Positions 49,538 to 62,208 of a stretch of DNA of 64,000 nt are shown here, one piece after another. The number at the start of each line of letters is the position of its first letter. The first letter of the stretch is position 1. The stretch comes from Selaginella moellendorffii (taxonomy: Eukaryota > Plantae > Lycopodiophyta). Under the pieces are notes generated by a model, which had not been told where the DNA came from, searched no databases, and saw only the letters and a list, made by a program, of their open reading frames with translations. Position numbers and translations under genes: made by a program. Where the stretch lies: NCBI RefSeq assembly GCF_000143415.4, contig NW_003314276.1, positions 2,479,072 to 2,543,071 of the forward strand, written 5' to 3'.

Positions 49538-50879
49538 GAGTATAAGGTGCATTTGCCCAAGGTTTTATTGTTACTATGTGATATCAACCTTTATGTGAAG
49601 AAGAATAAATGTGAGTTTGCAATGTCAAAGATGAAATATCTTAGCCATATTGTAATATCTAAAGGTGTCAAGATGGATCCCAAGAAGGTAGCTGTGGTGA
49701 ATTGGCCTACACCGGCTTCAGTGGCCAAGTTACGCAACTTCCTTAGTATGGTGCATTGGTAAAGTTGCTTATCGAGTGTGGTTGCTAGCTAGGGTGAAAA
49801 TCCATCCAGTATTTTATGTTAGCTAGTTGAAAGGTGTACTATCTCGGAGTGAAAGGCCCAATTGTATATGGGTATGGAAGATGGACTAGGAGCTTGAGCA
49901 AGATTCCGTAAAAAGGGTGATTACTAGAACAACTCATCCTTGGGACAAGGGGGGGAAGAATTGTTAGACACCAACTTTGACCATGTGATTAATGACAATT
50001 AAAGGGAGGCTCAAGGCATGTTAGGGTAAGGAACTTAACCTACCCTAGGGCTCACAATGGAGCGGTGGCATAATAAAGTTTTTGAGGGAGCTTGGGGGTT
50101 GTTGGGTGGTAAGGAACCTCAAGAGAAGGTGTAGTGTGGTCAGGAAGACTAAATCTAGATCTTGTTTTTTTGTGCCAGATCATAACACTAGGACTGATCT
50201 AATATCACTTTGTGCTCATATCCCTTTAGTCCTGTACTATATACTCAAGGTCATTCCATGTTTCAATTCCTTCACTCATTACCTATATGTTTGGGAGTTT
50301 AATTTTGTCCCTTTGTTCAATGGCCTAAAGCTCAAAAGCTTTGGTCCCACTCTATTATTGGTATATCACTATAGGGTAAAAGGTGAAAACCATGTGTGTT
50401 ACTATCCTAAAAATGCTAAGTGGTCATGGGATGACTATATATGGATTAAATAGTTTGGTCTTAGAGAGAAAAATTTATGGCATATGTGGTCTTGGACTAC
50501 TAATGAGATAAGTGTGACTGAATATAACTTTAGCATAATAGACTAGTATATCAATAATACCTTTGTGTGTGTGTAGTGAGACTTGAGGAGGCTCCTAAAG
50601 AATTGTAATCCACGACAAGGAGGTTTTTGGGGTCATGCTAAAACCTAGATCAACAGATGATCTACGAAATGAATCAGCTCATCAAGATGTACATCTGGAA
50701 AGGTTCCTCTTGCATCTCGGGGGACAAAGCTAAAGTGGACTGGCAATTGGAAATATTGCCCAAGCATGAAATATATCTATATTGCACTAACACTCTTCTT
50801 TAATAAATCTAGTATGAAGCTAAAACACTAACAAGGAAAATGATATAAAAAATCAAGTTGTAAGGAAAACTTTTCATCA

Positions 50880-52200
50880 CCCAATATAATAATGCCACTT
50901 CCATTAACACAAATGTTAGTAATGCCACTGTCTCAACTACATAGTTTTTCCTTCTAACAATTTACTCCAAGTGCCAATGAATTCATCAAAAAGTTATAGC
51001 AAATGAAATGCTACAACCCTTTCCAAAACCTAATTAGCAAATTTTCAAAGAAGGTAAAATCACCAACTTACATAGTGGATCACTTTTGAGAACCTAGTTG
51101 AAGTTACTACAATGCTACTACATACAAGTAGATTAGCTTCACCATCAAGTACTTTGGGGTTGATCATTATTTGACTAAACAACTTCGTAAACACACAATT
51201 GCATAGATATGATATAAAAATTACAATGACTTGATCCTCAATTGAGCAATAGCATTCTAAAGTCTTTTAAATACTCATTTATTAATTATTCCGTGCTCAT
51301 TCCTTAAATACTTCTTTGGGAGTTCCACTCCCACTCAACTTTCCAAGTTAGAACTTTTAGTCTAAACATGTTACACTCATTGTACCTTTGTTTTAACCAC
51401 TACTATATGGCACTCTTTTTGCCCCTACTTTGAGACTTAGAGATTTGTGTTTTACAACTCCACCACCCATAGACTAAATTTGATGTCCTTATCAAGCAAT
51501 AAACAATTTTATAAAGTAACTCTATCATGGATTACCATTTTTATCCTTTGCACAAAGCCACTATTTGTTAATGGTTTAACATTAAAAACTCACCATATCT
51601 TGCATATCCTCTAAGGAATATAATCTCTCCAATTTAAAAACTTATTAGATCACTTGTAATGGTTCTCTCCCTTTTTTGGTTTAGTTTCTACTAAACCCAT
51701 TAGAGATACCATCTTTATCCTAATCTTATTACTCATTTTGGAGTAGTCTTGACTCCTATTAACATAACTATAGCACTTTAAAACTTTAATATTGACTTCT
51801 TGAGTTTGTCTCTAACACTTTCTATTGCATGTATTGTACAAATTTCATTTTTCCATCCTAAGTTAAGGACATAATTATCCTCTCTTTATCTTATGCCAAT
51901 TTAGGTACTAAATTCCACTTATCCATAATTTATCCATGACCTTATCATTTGTTACCTTGCCTTGGCCTTATTTTTTGGAGATTTTTCTTTTTATAAAATT
52001 AGAGCATTTAGGAATCCTATCCCTTGGAAACTTATTACTTTTCCCATAATCCTTTAGTATCCACCACATGTTGGTTTCTTGCCAACCTTTAGTTAAATTC
52101 CCTTTAGCAACTTTTAAGGCCTAATCATAAGCCTTTTGCTTTTATTTTTTGAGTATTGTACCAAGTAATATAGAATCATTGGCCCTATGCAGGTTTTGTG
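50880..52200 (-). mobile_element. Old decayed copy of the non-autonomous LTR family (LTR end, PPT, internal region)
   Basis: ACAACTCCACCACCCATAGAC at ~51455 and downstream sequence colinear with 55735-56550. Confidence 0.7.
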
Positions 52201-52279
52201 GGTACTTGCCTCACCCTTTGCCTTTGGGTGCCCTAGCTATGTGGCTAGAGCAAGGTTCTGCTGAGCTATACTAGGTATC

Positions 52280-53819
52280 TATCGCAAATATGACTTCGGG
52301 TATCGAAAGTTATCTGTCGGCTAGTCTTTTCAGATATTCTTTCCTTACTACCATTACAGCAGGAGGTCAATATTGCTGGACCTATTATCAGTTCCCACTT
52401 GAGCTAGTTGAGAAATTGGTCAATAACCGTGCACTTAAATCGGATAAACATAAAGTAGGAACCCTATGTGTTTCTTGCTGAGCATACTCGGGCTGGTTTG
52501 AGAAACTCTTGTTATTAGCTTGCACTTGCTATTATTAAGAACCCCTGCAATATTAAGATTAGTCCCTCAATATCGCTAGATGATAGCCTATTGTGTCTGC
52601 CAAACACACCCTTAGCATTAGTTTCAATCCAGTCCCAAATGCTATTTATGGAAAGTGTCTAGATTTGCTGATTTGGCATATTTATGGAATGTAGAGATTG
52701 GCCTGAACATAATGGTATTCGTTCCATGTCCACATTCACAATTTAGCACCATTCCATATTTAGTAAGTTTCAAGCTTGTCCTAGAGACTCCTGATACTAA
52801 GGGAGGCTTGGGGTGAAAGCCCAAAACATGTGTTCCTCAGAGGGGGGGGGGGGGGGGGGCTCCAAATATATAGTAGGGATAGTGGGTAGGTCGGCATGGC
52901 CAACCAACCTGAGGCATAGTCTAGCTCTCACTTGCGTGCCTGTCCTTGTTCTGCGTCCAACTTAGGTCTAAGCCTAAGTTCCATTCCATACTAACTAGTG
53001 GAGTACCCATATCCTTGTGTTAAGCCACCGATATGCTGAAATAGCGCCAGACTCCGTTTGGCTCCGTTTGGCTTCATTTTGCGTGCTAATCCTGGCAAAG
53101 GAATGCTAGTTGCTCTAAGACTGTTCCAAGTCGCTCCGGGCCCCCGTCCCTTCGTTCCTTGGGCTATATGCTCGAGAGTTTCTCCTAGTCAGGTTTTGTC
53201 ACTCCTTGGCTCCATGCTTGGGAGTTTGGCACCGTTCCTTTGTTCAGTGGCCCAAGGCCTTGAAACTCGGGTTCCACACCATAGTCCTTTGGACATGTGG
53301 CATGTGACACATGGCATTTGTCATGTGGCATAAAAAGGGTTTATGTTTTGCTTCGTGGTTATCCTATGGTAAATCACCATAGGATAAAGGGTCAAAACCA
53401 CGTGCGCTACATTTGGTATCAGAGGATACATCTCAGCGAGTATTATCCAATGAGATTGGGCAACTAATTTCATTGCATATGCAAAGATGAAAACGATGAT
53501 CCGAGTGGGTACACGTTTTGGTGCAAAGGCTTCGCAATTGTTCCTTGGGTATGGATTTGGTTACCTTCTTGTACCTTATGATGTGAGCTTGCTTTTGGGC
53601 AAATAGGATGGATTTGAGGCATGTTAGCACGAGTTTGAGCTTGGGCTTGTGAGTGAGGCACATTAGCAACTTGAGCATACAACTTTGAGTTGGCAGGATT
53701 AGTGTTAGCCTATTGGTGGTTTCATGAGTTATTCCAGTGGTTCTATGAGTTGTTCCATGTATCATGGGTGAAAGTAAACCTTCCTTGGGTTTGCTATGAG
53801 TGGCAAATAGGCTAGTCCG
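52280..53819 (+). mobile_element. 5' LTR (52280-53411), PBS and leader of a Gypsy element related to the 14933 family
   Basis: Colinear with 14933-15861; ends GCTACA-TTTGGTATCAGAG. Confidence 0.85.
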
Positions 53820-53830
53820 TGTCAGGAATC

Positions 53831-56800
53831 TGTAAACGACTAAATTTTCCATTCTACTTTAGTCACTTAACCACACCTCCAACCACTTGGAGGAGTCTCA
53901 TTCACAACCTCCATCAGTCCAATTCAGGACTTGGGACTTGCTAGCCCCAAGAATGGCATCCATGCCACTCCACACTTGCACCTAGTCCAAGTGCTCCACG
54001 TGTCCGGTCCTGAGATCGACACCCAAAGGTACCACTGACATCTCAGCCCGTTACGCTAAGGCCATGCCCATTCACCTTTTCTGCACTAGTGGTTCGACAC
54101 CACTTGCATCACCACCTCGTCTCTCCAAGACTGGGCCATGTGTCCACGAGTGGTCATCCTAGGTCCACTCCTTAGCATCCTTAGGATGCCCACAGACCTG
54201 GGGAATTGCCTTCCCCAAAGTCCCTTTGTCAGTTCCTACCAAGTCCCTTTCTGCCCCTGGCCGTGTTTGCCAACACTGCCACTGGATCGAGGCCCACAGG
54301 CCTGACCACTAAGTCCCACGGTCCTCTGGGACTTCCTCACCACATGACTGTGTCCTTGGTCACTACCCCAGAGGACTGCTCCTCTTCCTTTCCACAGTCT
54401 GGGCCTTTGGGACAACATTTCGGAACACCGTGGCCTTACGCGAGCCACCTGGGTACTCTCCCCACCTATCGCCTTTAGGTGCTCTAGCCATGGGCTTAGA
54501 GCGAGGTTCCATTGAGCCACGCTTGGTATCCAAGTAGGTAGTGCCACCCACACTTGGACTGGGAGCATCGGCCAGTCGATCTCCCGGGGGAACTAGAGCC
54601 GGCTCTTGAACACTTCACCAAGCTACCCCGCTTGTCTGTCCGTATTCACTCTAGTCTTGGACTTCCCAGTGGTCAGTTCATCACCCAACACTGGGTCTGG
54701 CCTTCCTGGGCCAAACTGGCCTTTCCTGGCCAAACTGGCTCCACTGCAGTCCTCCCCCTACTATACTTTTGGGGCTCACCAAACCCCCCAGGGTCTGGGA
54801 GACGAACGCTTTGGGCTTTCACCCTCTCAGGCTCCGGACTCGGACTCGGACTCGGACTCGGACTCGGACTCGGACTCGGACTCGGATTCGGACTCGGACT
54901 CGGGCTCGGGCTCGGTCTCGGCCTCGGCCTCGGTCTCGGTCCCGATCTCGGTCTCGGTCTCGGTCTCGGTCCCGGTCTCGGTCCCGGTCTCGGTCTCGAC
55001 TTCGGACTCCATCTCGGACTCCATCTCGGACTCCATCTCGGACTCCATCTTGGGTCCATCTCGGGTCCATCTCGGACTCCATCTCGGACTCCATCTCGGG
55101 TCCATCTTGGACTCCATCTGGGACTCCATTTCGGGTCCATCTCGGGTCCACCTCAGACTCCATCTCGGACTCCATTTCGGGTCCATCTCGGGTCCACCTC
55201 AGACTCCATCTCGGACTCCATCTCGGGTCCATCTCGGACTCCATCTCGGACTCCATTTCGGGTCCATCTCGGGTCCACCTCGGACTCCATCTCGGACTCC
55301 ATCTCGGGTCCATCTCGGACTCCACTTCGGATTCCAACTCGGGTCCATCTCGGGTCCACCTCGGACTCCACTTCGGACTCCAACTCGGGTCCATCTCAGA
55401 CTCCACTTTGGACTCCAACTCGGGTCCATCTCGGACCCCACTTCGGACTCCAACTCGAGTCCATCTCGGACTCCACTTCGGACTCGAACTCGAGTCCATC
55501 TCGGACACTCCCACGTGTCATGTGTTGGTCCTTTTGGGTCCCTTTTTGGAGCCTCGCCTTTTGCTCGCTTCGTGCTCATTCCTCGAGCACTTCGTTGGGA
55601 GTTCCACTCCCGCTCTTGACTTTTCAAGTCGGAGCTTTTGGTCCAAACGTGTTACGCTCGTTTGGCTCTCGCTTCGGCCACTACCATGTGGCGCCTTTCC
55701 GGCTCCACTTTGGGGCCTAGGGATTTTGTGTCTCACAACTCCACCACCCATAGACGAAGTTCGATGTCCTCATCGAACGGTAGACCATTTTATAAAGTAA
55801 CACTCGCATGTGTTACCATTTCCATTCTTGGCCCCTAGCCAATATTTGTCAATGGTTTGACATTGAAGGCTCACCATGCCTTCTCCATATTCATCAATGG
55901 TTCGACACCAAAGGCTCACCATGCCTTGCCCATCCTCTAAGGAGGATAGTCTCTCCCGCTTAGAGATTCACTTGACCACCTGGGGTGGTTTGCTCCTTTT
56001 TATTGGTTCAGTTCTCGCTAAACCCGTTAGAGACACCCTCTCTAACTCAATTCCACTACTTATTCTTGAGTAGTCACAGATTCCATTGATCTACCTTTGC
56101 ACTTTGGAATGTTTACTTTTGACTTTTTGGAGTCAATTTCCTAGGTGTCTCCGACACCTTGCCTTGCACATTTTGTGCAACTCCACTTCCCCTCTTAGGA
56201 AGTTCTCTACTCGAGGGCACCCTCATCCTCTTTTCTATTTTTTGTGCCACCATTGGCATTACGTTCCATTTATCGTTATTTGTGCTAGGGCTGTCCACAG
56301 CCCTATCTTTTGGCTACTTAGTTGCTCTCTCACTTGGAGCCTTTCCTTTGCCAAATTGGAGCACTTGGGAATCCATCCTTGGAAGTTCACTTCTTTTTCC
56401 GCATTCCGTTAGCATCAAACACATTAGTGTTCCTTGGCTAACTTTGCCACTTGGATTCTTTCCAATGGATTCCACGGCCCTATCTTGGCCACTCGTCTTT
56501 TGCTCCTATTCGTTGATTGTTGCACCAAGCAACATCGAATCTCTACCTCCCTCCTTGAGGTATTCTTTTGATTCCATAGCAAAGGCTCTGCTTTGCAAGA
56601 CTAGGGTGTTCACCCCTAGTAAGTCTCTTTTAGCATCTTCTGCTGTGGGCTCTATCCTCGGCCCAACTTTGTGACCCTCTCATGGGTCTCTTTAGAGATT
56701 ACTTTCCTTGGACACACTATGCCATCGCAATGACATAGCTCATTTCCCTAAGGTGCTTTTCCCACTTGGTCACCTTGACCAAGCCACACCATCATCAATA

Positions 56801-59800
56801 GTTCAAATCAACACTTTGAACTAGGAACCATATTCCTTAACCCAAACAAGGACCTTGTCCTTATTTAGCCACAAGATCACCTAGTGATCTCACCTCGGCA
56901 CCTTAACAGGTTTGCCAATAGGTACTAGGTCTTCCAGACCTTTAACTTGTTAACTACGACCCCGGGGGCATCCCCCACACTTGGCGGTGCGCCCAAGCCA
57001 GCCCTTCCGGCCAAGGGTCCATAGCAACTGAGATTAGGTGTCCCCATCTCACTCACCACGTCCTTGGTGCCACCTGCACCAAAGCGTTCAAGTTAGATAT
57101 GCCGAGCTTTCACACTAAGCAATCTAACCGTGCATCACGACTCCGAGGCATCCCTCGCTTGGCGGTGTGCCCAAACCAATCTCCCCACTGAGAGTTCATG
57201 ACCACCGAAATATGAGTGTCCTCATATTCCAAACCATCACCACGCCCTAGTGATTTGGGACTTGAACCCAAGCACTAGAGGGTCGGGACTCGAACACAAC
57301 CTCCGTATATGCATCTACGGACGGCATCACACAAGATGCCTGGCATGACTCCCCACGCCGGTGCACCAACTTATTTTTAAGGCGCGCTACAGATCACAGC
57401 TTAGGAACCTAGTTCCTCCACACTGCCAAGTCCTCTCACTTGACATGTTTGTAATCATGCATGGACTCCTCCATGCTCGGCCCCATGGCCCACCCTTTTT
57501 GAAGTTATCACCTTCAACTAGGGTATTTGTTCCCCCGACGTGCCAATCTCGCTTGGCAAGTCTTCCGACCACTGTAACATGGTTCCTGCATAAGCGTGAA
57601 AGTCCTTGACCATCGACTTTCGTTCAAAGCCCTCTCTTTGAACACTCGGGAACTACTTCCCTAACCTTGATAGCCTTGCCTCATGGCAAGCTTCAAGACC
57701 ACGCTTCTGCTGCGCCACTCTGATTTTGCGCGTTCCATGAACCATTTACACTTGGCCTTTCTAGGTACTAAGCTACCTAGAATCGTCTTTGGGAACCTTG
57801 AAGGAACTCTGTCCCTCAGCTTGCTAAGGCCTCCCTTTTTGCAAGCCTTCAAAATGCCACATAGTCTAACATGGACAATTCCATATTTTAGACTCTCCAT
57901 GGCATCACGGTTGCTAGCGGTAACACCCTCGAGCCCCCACTTGATTCTCCACTCCCAGCTGGCATAACCAACCTTGGTTATGCCCTTTGATTCCTATGGT
58001 TCGGTTCTATCCCCTTACTTCTTGCTTTTTGGCTTCACACCTTTCCTTTGGTCATTCTCCTCCAGACCAGGAGGATAGCTTTGCACTTTCTATCACGCTT
58101 TAGCAAGTATTCTTAGGGATGAACCTACCCAATAGCCTAGGGAGTGGTTCCTCAATCCAGGTATGCTCACCTTATAATCCCACACACTGGGATTACATTG
58201 TTGCTTATGGGCCTTTACATGCCCATCACTAGCCTTGCCAAAATTCCATTTTGGCTTTGTCCAACTCAGGTAGACAGTCCTCTCCTGTCTCCGCAACCTT
58301 GGACATTTGGATAGCACCTTCTATCCATCATTCGCTAGGGACTTAGTCCCTTGGGCTTTATCCATTGCCCTCGCGACATCAAACACCACCTTCTGGTGGT
58401 CTAGAGTGTCCGGGTGTCCCAATGATGGCTTTCTTGACAATGAGTATTTCCTTTTATGACATTGACTTACTATATCGCAACACAAGCAACTTATCCCCCG
58501 TAAGGGTATATCCAACTTCCTTATGCTATTAAGAAGTCTTGGGTAGCTACCTTCTACCCGTTTAACCAGTTATTTTGCACCTCTTGCTTAGTTGCCTCAT
58601 AGTTGTCAAGTCCTACAACTCATTGCTTGGTGCTTTCACACCTCCATCATTATCTGGGTCACCACACTCCAACTGCATGCTCTGCAGCTTAGGCTATGCC
58701 ATTCCCATTTCCATTGGGATTCCTTTGGCAAGGGGTTCTCATGAACCCACCAACATAGCCTCAAGGTATCACACCTTGGCACATTTGGTGTCTCCACACC
58801 ATCGGCTCCACGAGCCTACCTCTATGACATTTCCCCTTCGTGTCTAAGTCTTTGCCAAGACCAACACCGCTCTTTCTCATGCCAACCATCCATTAGCACT
58901 GCCCCATAGAGGTCACACACAACTTTATGTCAAAGTTGTTTTCTTCTAGGAACACCTTTCCCATAACTTTAGCATGGCACATTTTGCCATCAATGAGATA
59001 CCCTCTGTTCTCATCCTTGGATCCTATGATCCCCCCCCATCCTTTGTGGGGTACAACACACCTCAGTCCAAATGCTTCCATCAGTCCTTTTAGGACCATC
59101 CCTTGACTCTACTTGAGTCATCTAGCAGTTTTGGACTTGGTTAATCCATAGACCCATAAGGTCCTACTTGTGAGGCACTAGCTCACTGGAATACACTTCT
59201 TGCTTTCCTGTCCTACTCAAAAGGACTATTTTCACAAGTGTTACTCCGACACTTGATTTTGTTCTCTGGGGGCAACTTTTGCCCCTTAGGACTACTTGTC
59301 CATGCAATGAGAATACCACTCATCTCTAAGTACACCCCCCAACTCCTTGGGTTGTTCCAGCATTTATTAAAGGTAGCCCCGGCTACCATTTCAAGGACTT
59401 GAGTCCTCTTCCGTATTTGACCTTCCACGGTTATTACCTTTGGTCTCACATTCATGAGCACCAACCTCAACTATATGAAGATAATCTTGTGACTCCTTTA
59501 TTGTTTTGGAGTCTCTATCTTTCCCGTGATCCCAACTTTAGTTGTTTACCACAACAACCTTAGCCAATTTACTGAGACAAATGCTCATCCGGATCACATC
59601 CTCAACTCAATGAGGAAAACCTTGCATTGTTCCCAAGATCCCAAAGTCGTTCCATTATTGGCCCTTTTCTATCCACCACCTCGTCTACAAGTTCACACAT
59701 GAATTGTAATGGAGAGCCATGTCTTCCCGACTTGCTACTCCTCAAGGATAGGCCCACTCCTCGGACCTTCCGATGCCAACACTAGTGGTGATATACTTGA

Positions 59801-61739
59801 GCACCAATAAAAGTCAGACTAAGGAACAGCTCCGATACCAAATTGTAAACGACTAAATTTTCCATTCTACTTTAGTCACTTAACCACACCTCCGACCACT
59901 TGGAGGAGTCTCATTCACAACCTCCATCAGTCCAATTCAGGACTTGGGACTTGCTAGCCCCAAGAATGGCATCCATGCCACTCCACACTTGCACCTGGTC
60001 CAAGTGCTCCACGTGTCCGGTCCTGAGATCGACACCCAAAGGTACCACTGACATCTCGACCCGTTACGCTAAGGCCATGCCCATTCACCTTTGCTGCACT
60101 AGTGGTTCGACACCACTTGCATCACCACCTCGTCTCTCCAAGACTAGGCCATGTGTCCACGAGTGGTCATCCTAGGTCCACTCCTTAGCATCCTTAGGAT
60201 GCCCACAGACCTGGGGAATTGCCTTCCCCAAAGTCCCTTTGTCAGTTCCTACCAAGTCCCTTTCTGCCCCTGGCCGTGTTTGCCAACACTGCCACTGGAT
60301 CGAGGCCCACAGGCCTGACCACTAAGTCCCACGGTCCTCTGGGACTTCCTCACCACATGACTGTGTCCTTGGTCACTACCCCAGAGGACTGCTCCTCTTC
60401 CTTTCCACAGTCTGGGCCTTTGGGACAACATTTTGGAACACCGTGGCCTTACGCGAGCCACCTGGGTACTTTCCCCACCTATCGCCTTTAGGTGCTCTAG
60501 CCATGGGCTTAGAGCGAGGTTCCATTGAGCCACGCTTGGTATCCAAGTAGGTAGTGCCACCCGCACTTGGACTGGGAGCATCGGCCAGTCGATCTCCCGG
60601 GGGAACTAGAGCCGGCTCTTGAACACTTCACCAAGCTACCCCGCTTGTCTGTCCGTATTCACTCTAGTCTTGGACTTCCCAGTGGTCAGTTCATCACCCA
60701 ACACTGGGTCTGGCCTTCCTGGGCCAAACTGGCCTTTCCTGGCCAAACTGGCTCCACTGCAGTCCTCCCCCTACTATACTTTTGGGGCTCACCAAACCCC
60801 CCAGGGTCTGGGAGACGAACGCTTTGGGCTTTCACCCTCTCAGGCTCCGGACTCGGACTCGGACTCGGACTCGGACTCGGACTCGGACTCGGACTCGGAC
60901 TCGGACTCGGACTCGGATTCGGACTCGGACTCGGGCTCGGGCTCGGTCTCGGCCTCGGTCTCGGTCCCGATCTCGGTCTCGGTCTCGGTCTCGGTCCCGG
61001 TCTCGGTCCCGGTCTCGGTCTCGACTTCAGACTCCATCTCGGACTCCATCTCGGACTCCATCTCGGACTCCATCTTGGGTCCATCTCGGGTCCATCTCAG
61101 ACTCCATCTCGGACTCCATCTCGGGTCCATCTTGGACTCCATCTGGGACTCCATTTCGGGTCCATCTCGGGTCCACCTCGGACTCCATCTCGGACTCCAT
61201 TTCGGGTCCATCTCGGGTCCACCTCGGACTCCATCTCGGACTCCATCTCGGACTCCATTTCGGGTCCATCTCGGGTCCACCTCGGACTCCATCTCGGACT
61301 CCATCTCGGGTCCATCTCGGACTCCACTTCGGATTCCAACTCGGGTCCATCTCGGGTCCACCTCGGACTCCACTTCGGACTCCAACTCGGGTCCATCTCA
61401 GACTCCACTTTGGACTCCAACTCGGGTCCATCTCGGACCCCACTTCGGACTCCAACTCGAGTCCATCTCGGACTCCACTTCGGACTCGAACTCGAGTCCA
61501 TCTCGGACACTCCCACGTGTCATGTGTTGGTCCTTTTGGGTCCCTTTTTGGAGCCTCGCCTTTTGCTCGCTTCGTGCTCATTCCTCGAGCACTTCGTTGG
61601 GAGTTCCACTCCCACTCTTGACTTTTCAAGTCGGAGCTTTTGGTCCAAACGTGTTACGCTCGTTTGGCTCTCGCTTCGGCCACTACCATGTGGCGCCCTT
61701 CCGGCTCCACTTTGGGGCCTAGGGATTTTGTGTCTCACA
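53831..61739 (-). mobile_element. Young non-autonomous LTR retrotransposon (LARD-like) with ~1.9-kb LTRs
   Basis: LTRs 59844-61739 and 53831-55737 are nearly identical; TSD GAATC; PBS TGGTATCGGAGC (59829-59840, minus strand); PPT at 55738-55750; the 4.1-kb interior has no long ORF. Confidence 0.93.
54830..55506. repeat. (CGGACT)n hexamer and CGGACTCCATCT 12-mer minisatellite in the LTR (twin at 60845-61507)
   Basis: Directly visible tandem arrays. Confidence 0.95.
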
Positions 61740-62208
61740 GAATCCCCCAATTCTTGCCACATTCCTGACTCTCACCGGATTCCTGACCTGCAGACCACAT
61801 TCCTGACTCTCGAGACACTTCCCTATTCTTGACTCTCGAGACACTTTTCTATTCCTGACTCTCGAGACACTTCCCGATTCCTGAGTCTCAAGCCACATTC
61901 CTGATGATGATGTGGCGCCTCCTCGACCTCAGCTATATTTAGGCCATCCTCGATCCAAGAGTGGTGGAGCTTCATCAACCTATAGTATATATAGGTTAGC
62001 CTTGTTCCATTTCTCCACAATCTGAATCAACACCAGTCTAAGGCCTCTTCTTTGTTTTCACTAGCTTTTTCTCTTTGTCTTTAGCATTTTCCAGTCTTGA
62101 TCTTGTTGGGGGTCTTGACAGTTTGATTCAGATTGTGGTTTTTGCTTTTCTTTTAGCTCACTTTGATTATTTGATTGCCTTTGTCTTTTTTCCCCTTTCT
62201 TTTCTTTC

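Larger units (their letters stand above)
53820..62120 (+). mobile_element. Short LTR (53820-53830 + 61745-62120) split by the insertion at 53831
   Basis: TGTCA...TGACA ends; internal ATTCCTGACTCTCGAGACACTT repeats at 61798-61900; TATA element at ~61985. Confidence 0.55.

Noticed and set aside
54554-55800. Long overlapping ORFs (GLGL/SDSD/RTRT-rich; also 60567-61832)
   Set aside because: Stop-free translations of LTR hexamer and 12-mer repeats in all frames; no evidence of coding function.
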